Origin: an uncultured archaeon
Lineage (GTDB): Archaea; Asgardarchaeota; Heimdallarchaeia; Heimdallarchaeales; Kariarchaeaceae
NCBI GenBank assembly: GCA_964645535.1
Contig: CAZYCQ010000053.1
Span: 1 to 23,029, forward strand
DNA length: 23,029 bases
Direction of reading: 5' to 3'
Positions within the stretch are counted from its first letter, which is position 1. Every line of letters begins with the position of its first letter. The translations under genes and the position numbers were made by a program. Positions 16,799-23,029 of this stretch are shown one piece after another. Below the pieces are notes generated by a model that worked only from the letters and a program-made list of their open reading frames with translations, did not search any database and was not told where the DNA came from.

Positions 16799-16951
16799 TG
16801 CGCACCTGCGCATTGTGCATCTGCGCATTTATCTCTGCGCATCTGCGCAGTATTGTGCACTTGCGCATAATCGCGCATCTGCGCATAAGGGGTCTGCGCA
16901 CCTTGCGCACTGCGCACCTTGCGCAGTTCCTGCACATTTCCATAACGCGCA
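16799..16951. repeat. Intergenic array of TGCGCA palindromes arranged as paired units
   Basis: 11 exact TGCGCA at 16799, 16807, 16822, 16836, 16844, 16862, 16880, 16895, 16904, 16911 and 16920. Five one-mismatch copies: TGTGCA at 16814 and 16854, CGCGCA at 16872 and 16946, TGCACA at 16931. Confidence 0.95.
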
Positions 16952-17059
16952 TCCTTCCATTTGGTTCCCAGAGAATCAATCCATTTAGGGAATAATGTCT
17001 CCTTTACGGAGTTACATTTTTTAAGAACGGTGCACATAATGAAAATGACTGGTGATCAA

Positions 17060-17293
17060 ATGGCAAAGGCATATGTTTTGATTAACACCGATGTAGGAAA
17101 GGAAGATGAGGTTCTTGAAAAAATCAAGTCCTTCAACGGCATTGAAGACGCCCATGTAGTCTATGGAACGTACGACATGATCGTCAAGGTGAAAGCAAAA
17201 GACCAAGCTGAACTCAAACAAACAATTCTGAAACAATTCAGGGTTCTGGACAGCCTTCGTGGTACCATTACATTGATTGCCGTTGATGACTAA
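17060..17293 (+). CDS. Stand-alone Lrp/AsnC ligand-binding (RAM) domain protein
   Basis: MAKAYVLINTDVGKEDEV...AHVVYGTYDMIVKV...GTITLI, 77 aa with no HTH. An archaeal SD (GGTGA at 17051-17055) supports the ATG at 17060 rather than the longer ORF start. Confidence 0.9.
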   Translation: MAKAYVLINTDVGKEDEVLEKIKSFNGIEDAHVVYGTYDMIVKVKAKDQAELKQTILKQFRVLDSLRGTITLIAVDD

Positions 17294-18180
17294 TCCCTAA
17301 ATTCAAGCCTAATTATCCAAAAGTTTGCCAATAATATAAGTGCCATCCCTAATAATGCTTGAGGAGAAGGCATTACTCCCCGAAAAATATCGATAATTAA
17401 TGCAAATAAAGGTTCCAAGGCAAATATGATCGCAATATGGGCCGAATTTACCCCTGCCTTCTGGGCATAGGTTTGAGAGACAAATGCAAATGCAGTTGCA
17501 AGGATTGCAGTAACCATCAATGTAATCCATACTATCCGGTCAACTTCCAACGTCTGTAATGGATTCCAAAAGGTTCCACGGACAATTGAAACAATGAGGG
17601 ATTCAAATGCAACAACAAACAACTGAACCATCACTAAGGCTTGAGGATCTAAATCCCGTGCCTGTTCAGTAAACAATACATGAAAAGCCACTGCAATGGC
17701 TGTTAGTACGATAATCGCATCCCCTACATAAATCTCAAGATTTTCAAAATCTAGCGTGAGAAATCCTAACCCTGCCAATGAAATCATTGCCACCACTATT
17801 TCAATTGGTCGTAACCTTCCCCTGAAAGGTGGAAGTAAAGCCAAAAATGGAACAAAAACCACATTTAATCCTGTAATGAATGCTGCCTTTGCAGGAGTTG
17901 TCATGGTCAAACCAACTGTCTGAAACCAAAAAGAGCCATAAAGTAGGGTGCCTAACAAAATGGAATACCCCAGCAATCTTTTCTCAAATTTCACTTTCTG
18001 AATGTTTAAGGGAAGAAGAATTAATCCTCCAAAAAGGAACCTTACTGTCAAAAATCCATCCAAAGGAATTATGCTTACCGTTTCTTTTACAAGAAAAAAA
18101 GTGGATCCCCAAAAAAATGTGGTAAGGATTAAGGAAATTATTCCGATTTGTTTACGTGTAAATCCCACACCATTTTTCAA
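17290..18180 (-). CDS. DMT superfamily (EamA) transporter
   Basis: FWGSTFFLVK, VRFLFG, FQTVGLTMTTPAKAAFITGLNVVFVP, GDAIIV, ATAFAFVSQTYAQK and IFALEPLFA, with about 10 TM helices. Confidence 0.92.
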   Translation of the reverse strand: MKNGVGFTRKQIGIISLILTTFFWGSTFFLVKETVSIIPLDGFLTVRFLFGGLILLPLNIQKVKFEKRLLGYSILLGTLLYGSFWFQTVGLTMTTPAKAAFITGLNVVFVPFLALLPPFRGRLRPIEIVVAMISLAGLGFLTLDFENLEIYVGDAIIVLTAIAVAFHVLFTEQARDLDPQALVMVQLFVVAFESLIVSIVRGTFWNPLQTLEVDRIVWITLMVTAILATAFAFVSQTYAQKAGVNSAHIAIIFALEPLFALIIDIFRGVMPSPQALLGMALILLANFWIIRLEFRD

Positions 18181-18199
18181 TCATTATGATTAAATTGTC

Positions 18200-18493
18200 T
18201 TACTCTGGTGTAAAGATTTCTATGTGAATTTCGGGAACAACCGCTTTGCAAATCTTCCGAACTCCATGATCGCCAGGTTCATATCTGCATTCAACCAATT
18301 TGGCCTTTTCAAGATGTTTGACCTGTGCACTGATATTGGCCTCAGTTTGATCTAAAGCCCGTGCCAACTTGCTTATATCATACTCGTCGTCTGCCAATAA
18401 TTGGAGAATTTTGAAGCGTGTGGGGGAAGACATTGCTTTTGTTATTGCAATAATTTTATCTTGATCTGTTCGCTTGAGTTGTATCTTCTTCAT
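18200..18493 (-). CDS. ArsR-family winged-helix transcriptional regulator
   Basis: KAMSSPTRFKILQLL...ISKLARALDQTEANISAQVKHLEKAKLV...HGVRKIC. AAGGAG SD upstream. Lies 19 bp upstream of the EamA gene on the same strand. Confidence 0.9.
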   Translation of the reverse strand: MKKIQLKRTDQDKIIAITKAMSSPTRFKILQLLADDEYDISKLARALDQTEANISAQVKHLEKAKLVECRYEPGDHGVRKICKAVVPEIHIEIFTPE

Positions 18494-18809
18494 GGCAATC
18501 TCCTTGTTTTAGCTAGATTTTCATTCATTGAGTGATTATTTAAATCTTTCATTATAATGCGATTGTTTCAAATATTTAGCGCTACTTTGAGAGATATGTC
18601 TGGTAAATTAATCGTTTAATCATCTCTCACAACTATTGGTACTTCAACAAATTATGATTTTTATTATTAAACTCCTAAATCATCAATATTGTCTTATTGA
18701 ATGCCCATTTCATGCCTTAAAAGGGTTGTTCTGCTTTCTTCTCATGATACTAAGCAAAATCTCGTTTCATTGAATTAGATTTTTTATGGTGAGAATCGGT
18801 TGATGATCA

Positions 18810-19343
18810 ATGAGAAATTTTGTTCATATCCCAGAACATGTTCAAGTCAAAATCAGGGAGGAAGACTTGAACCATTTCACTGCTTTACTTGATATCATGG
18901 GTTTCTCATTCACTCCAATTCAGATATTTCGTCCTGGGGCACTTTATTCCAAAATCAAAACTGAACGATTTCAAGGAAAGGACGTTGAACTCCATGTTCG
19001 TGTCTACCAAAATGGTGTCATCACCTCGGAATTTGAACCTAAACGTTTGAAACATCCCTTGGACCACATCTTTTCGAGAAGTTATTCTGCGCATGAATGG
19101 GTGATCTCAAAATTGGAAAAATTCGGAATCCCCTACGAGGTCGATGAAGGGATTAGATTCACCTATAACCTTCATGCACCTACCACTTTCCCCAAACATC
19201 CTTCTGAACTTTTCAAATGGCTTTGGGGCTGTATCTATTATGTACCATTGGCCATGATATGGCATGGTTGGCGTTATTTGAAGATGGTTGCCGCCGCGAC
19301 CTATCGATCATCATTAATGAAACTAATGTCCTTGTTAAGGTAA
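18810..19343 (+). CDS. Hypothetical protein with C-terminal hydrophobic/amphipathic segment
   Basis: 177-aa ORF filling the space between the ArsR gene and the ATCGAT array, followed by an oligo-T tract. Contains ELHVRVY...EFEP...HPLDH. No family recognised with confidence. Confidence 0.7.
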   Translation: MRNFVHIPEHVQVKIREEDLNHFTALLDIMGFSFTPIQIFRPGALYSKIKTERFQGKDVELHVRVYQNGVITSEFEPKRLKHPLDHIFSRSYSAHEWVISKLEKFGIPYEVDEGIRFTYNLHAPTTFPKHPSELFKWLWGCIYYVPLAMIWHGWRYLKMVAAATYRSSLMKLMSLLR

Positions 19344-19357
19344 TTCCCGAAATTCAA

Positions 19358-19366
19358 TTTTTTTTT
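19358..19366 (+). terminator. Putative archaeal oligo-T terminator
   Basis: T9 run 15 nt after the stop of 18810-19343, followed by further T tracts. Confidence 0.5.
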
Positions 19367-19491
19367 CTCTGACCTTGTTCCGTTTGAATATAGCTCCTGC
19401 CTTTTTTCCGGTTGTTTTTCTATTTCTGTCTAGAAGGGCATTTCTTGTTTTGATTCAAACATGTTTTTTCAGTGATGTTTTTTCATCATCC

Positions 19492-19738
19492 ATCGATGAA
19501 ATCATCGATTTGATTAATCGCGTTGTTATCGATGATTGATGATTTTATCATCGTTCATCGATGGTGTTTTTGTGATGATTTCATCGATAACTCCTGATAT
19601 TTTTAAGTTATGGTGGCTTATTCGACATCATCGATAAATCATCGTTAATTTTCTTCGATGATTTTTCATTCATCGATCATCGATAAGTGTGGTTCAAAAT
19701 CCAAACGATATGTTAATTTCAGTGGAATTCATCGATGA
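19492..19738. repeat. Intergenic array of (TC)ATCGAT(GA) palindromes
   Basis: 9 exact ATCGAT at 19492, 19504, 19528, 19557, 19583, 19630, 19672, 19679 and 19731. Variants include ATTGAT 19535, ATCGTT 19550 and 19641, TTCGAT 19654 and AACGAT 19704. Consensus TCATCGATRA, with a perfect TCATCGATGA at 19729-19738. Confidence 0.92.
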
Positions 19739-19741
19739 CAC

Positions 19742-20197
19742 ATGCATGTTTCCCACCATGTTGTTCGGTTCAGTGACACCGATGCCGCTGGTATTCTTTA
19801 CTTTGGTTCTTTTGCAACCTATTTTGATGAATCATTCCTTAGCGCTCTTCGATCACAAGGCATCGGATGGGACGAACACAAAAAGTACAACTTTCTCCTC
19901 CCGATTGTTGAACACAAGACTCGATTTTTTCATCCGTTGAAATTTGGAGATGAGGTTTCTGTTTATTGCTGGATCTCAAGGATTGGGAAAACATCATTCA
20001 CAAGTAAACATGTTATGATCCATAAAGAAACCGCCAAAATCTGTGCTACTGGTTATATAACACGAGTTGTAGTTGATTACTCACAATTTGTCAAGTCAGA
20101 AATCCCTTCAGAACTGCTGAAAATCCTCAATCATTTTTCAGAATTGCCGGAAAATCTCCCTGATGCTGTAAAGTCTGCGTTTATTGATGAAGTTTAA
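19742..20197 (+). CDS. Hot-dog fold acyl-CoA thioesterase (4HBT/YbgC-like, resembles DHNA-CoA thioesterases)
   Basis: VRFSDTDAAGILYFGSF catalytic-Asp motif, LPIVEHKTRFFHPLKFGD and IGKTSF. Confidence 0.9.
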   Translation: MHVSHHVVRFSDTDAAGILYFGSFATYFDESFLSALRSQGIGWDEHKKYNFLLPIVEHKTRFFHPLKFGDEVSVYCWISRIGKTSFTSKHVMIHKETAKICATGYITRVVVDYSQFVKSEIPSELLKILNHFSELPENLPDAVKSAFIDEV

Positions 20198-22412
20198 AAT
20201 CCAAATCGAATTTCTTCTTTTGTGTTTTGAACTCATTCGGTCCTACCTGTTCAAAACTGGATGGCGTTTCCTTAACCTGTGAAGGTAGAAAGACAATGAG
20301 TGATTTCGGCCCATTATAATGGACTTTGAGATGAAGGATGTCGTTTTCCAATTTAGCTTCTAGAAGTGCCATTTCACCATTTTCCATCAATAAGCCTTCC
20401 AATTTCACACCTTTGGTCAGCCAATCGGTTGGCATTCCTTTCAGTAGGATAGGATCTGATCCTCTTGTTTCCTCAACAAACAGATCTAAGATCAAATTAA
20501 CGAACTCTGCAGCAGCATATCCATTGGGGGAGTTTCCAACAGCACCTGTTTTGAAAGTCGGTGATATGCCTTCTGCCCATCCCTGTTCATTTGTCTTGTT
20601 CTTGACAAGGAAATCAATGATCTCCTGTACTCGGTCAAAATGCAGATAGGTTCGACAAACCTGAGCTAACTGCATACTGTAATAGGTACCATACGCGTTC
20701 CAAGGTTGATGGATCATCAGTCCTCCCTGATGGACATAGTTCTTCCAGACATGTTCATAGGTGTCTGCGATTGGTTTAAATTCTTTGGAAAATGCCCTCA
20801 GGGGATAAATTGCTGCAAGATTGAAAAAAATCAGGGAATTTTCGTCCATATCCGGACCAGCAGTCAAAACTCCGAATTCATTGAAATTTCTCGCAAATAC
20901 ATCTGCTAAACTATCATAAATTTTCTCAGCCTCCCGTTCCATTTTTTCTTGTTCTCCTTTTCTGCCCAATATTCCCCAAAGTTTTCCTGTTTCCTTGATG
21001 GCACTGTATGCCCATAAATTATGCACAAAGAGTTGGTGTTTTTCTTGGAACATCTTGTTGAAAAATGGTGTAAAGCCTGGTGGTAAAAATTCATCCGTGG
21101 ATTCCTTGGATTTTGCAACTCGGGCTTTTGCAATGGTTTCGGTTATTTTTTTGAGTATCGGTAATTTCTCCCCCAGCCACGAAGCATCTCCCGTGAAATG
21201 ATAATGTGATGATATCGAGAACAAAATGGATCCCAAAGCATCAAATTGTTCATGATCTGACAGGTATTCCTCATCCTTCACTATGTCAAGACAGTTGTTG
21301 AGAATATCCGAAACAAAATCAAATCCCAATCTATCAAGTGCTTTGGTTTCAGAATAGAGGGCTTGTGGCCATACCACGTCTTGTGACCCTGGACCGAAGG
21401 TAACAACATTGTTTACCACATCTGTAAGCAATCTTAGAACTATCGCGGAATTGTAATAAAGTTGGTCTACCTCATCATTTCCCGTTTGCAATCGTGGCAA
21501 GTTTTCCATTTCATCTTCCCATTTTTCCTCAATATCATCGGTATCGATCTCTTCTTTCAAGTCTCCTTTTAGAAGGATATTCAATTGAGGTTTTGATCTC
21601 ACTGGAAATGATGCGGCCCAAGTGGCAAATTTTGCTTCACATGTCACGCTGTTTTCAGACGATCTCGATTTTCCAATCCATTTTCCGGCATGACCTTGAC
21701 GTATGGGCAGTACCAGAAATTCCACGGGATGGGAAAACAAGAAAATGGACGGATGTCCTGAGATATCTAAAAGGCCTTCTTTAGGATGGTAAACAATAGT
21801 TTCAATTTCTGTGAGCCCATCTTGGTCAAATGGGGAAATGGACATGTAAAGTGGATGATCCGCAAATCCTCTGATAACATTGACTCCCAATGTCTCATTT
21901 CCTTCCTCATCCACCAATACTCCACATTCGTAGGTGAGAACATCTCCATCGATCTTCCACTCAACGAAAGCTATCGGATATCCGTCGGAATGGAGTTCAA
22001 CTTTTACCTCTCCAGATTCTGAAGAATACACTGGTGAATTATCCACAACCGTTCCAAACAAAAGCGTATAGGAATTTGGTTTGGGGATTATACCTCCCCG
22101 ATGATCCACTAATGGTTCAATGGTTGAATCAGGATCCCCAAGGGCAATAAAGCCTCTCAAGTTCTGGTTTGCAATGATGGGTATCTCAGCCATACTAGTT
22201 GCCAGAGGGCTGTTCGGATCCAATTGATCGCCTGCCCAAGAAGGTAAAACCAAGGTTTTCTTTCCTTTCAGGATGTACTGTCTTGTCAACCATGCATTCA
22301 GCAATCGTTCCTTATGTGCTCTAACTGTCTCTGGAGTGAAAATGGTATCCTTTCCTCGAATTTTCAATGCTCTTTGAAGATAATCTTGAAAGTCCTCGGT
22401 GTTTAAATCCAC
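20181..22412 (-). CDS. Six-hairpin glycosidase-like ((alpha/alpha)6 barrel) protein, possibly catalytically degenerate
   Basis: 743 aa with a beta-rich N-terminal half and helical C-terminal half. Contains EQFDALGSILFSISSHYHFTGDASWL, HNLWAYSAI and WAEG...GYAAAEF, segments typical of GH15/GH63-like barrels. GTG start. Confidence 0.65.
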   Translation of the reverse strand: MDLNTEDFQDYLQRALKIRGKDTIFTPETVRAHKERLLNAWLTRQYILKGKKTLVLPSWAGDQLDPNSPLATSMAEIPIIANQNLRGFIALGDPDSTIEPLVDHRGGIIPKPNSYTLLFGTVVDNSPVYSSESGEVKVELHSDGYPIAFVEWKIDGDVLTYECGVLVDEEGNETLGVNVIRGFADHPLYMSISPFDQDGLTEIETIVYHPKEGLLDISGHPSIFLFSHPVEFLVLPIRQGHAGKWIGKSRSSENSVTCEAKFATWAASFPVRSKPQLNILLKGDLKEEIDTDDIEEKWEDEMENLPRLQTGNDEVDQLYYNSAIVLRLLTDVVNNVVTFGPGSQDVVWPQALYSETKALDRLGFDFVSDILNNCLDIVKDEEYLSDHEQFDALGSILFSISSHYHFTGDASWLGEKLPILKKITETIAKARVAKSKESTDEFLPPGFTPFFNKMFQEKHQLFVHNLWAYSAIKETGKLWGILGRKGEQEKMEREAEKIYDSLADVFARNFNEFGVLTAGPDMDENSLIFFNLAAIYPLRAFSKEFKPIADTYEHVWKNYVHQGGLMIHQPWNAYGTYYSMQLAQVCRTYLHFDRVQEIIDFLVKNKTNEQGWAEGISPTFKTGAVGNSPNGYAAAEFVNLILDLFVEETRGSDPILLKGMPTDWLTKGVKLEGLLMENGEMALLEAKLENDILHLKVHYNGPKSLIVFLPSQVKETPSSFEQVGPNEFKTQKKKFDLDFKLHQ

Positions 22413-22446
22413 GTAGTGTTGACAAAAGTTCTATTTATTTACGATT

Positions 22447-22911
22447 TTGATCCGCATTGAACATTCGCAAAAGAAAAAGGGATTTTTGATAATTGTTGCT
22501 AAATTTTCGTCCGAGTTTATAACCCATTCTCAAATGAGAATTGAAGTGGGTAGAAGTCAACCGTTTTCTTCATCTTTAGATGATGCCGTCATTCCTATCT
22601 GCGTAAGAACCAAATTACGCGCGAAAATCATCTTGTCCCTTGAACATTTGGGGGTCTGCACACTTAGAGATTTGCTAGAATATGGCTTCAAACGGTCGAC
22701 CCTCCATAAATTCATGAAGGAATTCATTGCAGCCGGACTTGTATATCAACGTCATCAACTGTTCAAACTTACTGAGGACGGCTTAGATTTGGCAAAATAC
22801 CTCGTTCATGATGAAGGCCTAAAAAATTGGATGACACAAACCTTTGAAAAAGATCAAGATGAAAGGCTGATTAGACCACGTATCTCGAAGGTAGATCATC
22901 TATCTCTGTAA
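22447..22911 (+). CDS. Winged-helix DNA-binding protein (hypothetical regulator)
   Basis: LRAKIILSLEHLG...FKRSTLHKFMKEFIAAGLVYQRHQLFKLTEDGLDLA (wHTH with an LTxxG wing end). The true start is uncertain and may be the ATG at 22534. Confidence 0.7.
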   Translation: MIRIEHSQKKKGFLIIVAKFSSEFITHSQMRIEVGRSQPFSSSLDDAVIPICVRTKLRAKIILSLEHLGVCTLRDLLEYGFKRSTLHKFMKEFIAAGLVYQRHQLFKLTEDGLDLAKYLVHDEGLKNWMTQTFEKDQDERLIRPRISKVDHLSL

Positions 22912-23027
22912 TTGGCAATAAAGGTCTGGAACCATTTCATACTTTCTTTTGCAATTTTCTGAAGGTTCCTTTGAGTACCCCATTTGAAAATTCTTTCAAC
23001 AAGCGCTGTATCCACTTTTAACTCGGA
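22896..23027 (-). CDS. 3' end of a CDS running in from beyond the right edge (product unknown)
   Basis: A minus-strand frame is open from the edge (SELKVDTALVERIFKWGTQRNLQKIAKESMKWFQTFIANYRDR*), with TGA at 22898-22896 overlapping the end of the wHTH gene like the other convergent pairs. Confidence 0.5.
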   Translation of the reverse strand, partial: SELKVDTALVERIFKWGTQRNLQKIAKESMKWFQTFIANYRDR

Positions 23028-23029
23028 TT

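Noticed and set aside
16799-16951. TGCGCA array as a CRISPR array
   Set aside because: Units are 6-15 bp with 1-9 bp linkers. There are no 25-45 bp repeats or spacers and no cas genes.
16740-17037. Short ORFs across the TGCGCA array (AH-, AQ-, LR- and CA-repeat peptides)
   Set aside because: Motif spacing (7-15 bp) is not frame-preserving, and ORFs appear in several frames on both strands because the repeat lacks stops. They are treated as by-products.
16961-17059. N-terminal extension of the Lrp/AsnC ORF as an HTH domain
   Set aside because: The extension has no HTH pattern, and a GGTGA SD precedes the ATG at 17060.
19492-19738. ATCGAT array as a CRISPR array, MITE or canonical archaeal origin
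   Set aside because: No long constant repeat, no terminal inverted repeats with target duplication, no recognisable ORB/G-string motif and no cdc6/orc gene in the window.
1-23029. tRNA, rRNA, transposase, integrase or provirus
   Set aside because: No cloverleaf or rRNA-like segment and no mobile-element or viral hallmark proteins were recognised. The gene content is chromosomal housekeeping and accessory metabolism.

Overview
A gene-dense, AT-rich archaeal chromosomal segment, most likely from an Asgard archaeon. This is inferred from an Asgard-style LRR protein, an Nre repair protein with a PCNA-binding PIP box, archaeal TATA and GGTGA signals, and a tandem winged-helix protein. It holds about 25 CDSs: a GT4/methyltransferase/CDP-alcohol phosphotransferase module, nadA, glpD, nadC, PEP carboxykinase, nreA, thyX, HEAT and LRR proteins, an atypical HesB/IscA protein, transporters, small regulators, a thioesterase and a glycosidase-like protein. 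I saw no tRNA, rRNA, CRISPR array or transposase. The most striking unexplained structures are two non-coding intergenic arrays of CpG-centred palindromes about 2.5 kb apart: a TGCGCA array built from paired units (16799-16951) and a (TC)ATCGAT(GA) array (19492-19738). Also notable are an interleaved nadA-glpD-nadC-pck cluster with no nadB, a possible UFL1/DDRGK1-like winged-helix protein, a HesB protein with a 7-Cys Gly/Cys tail, two probable pseudo-enzymes, and 3' overlap of every convergent gene pair. All family assignments come from motif recognition by eye, and no searches were run.
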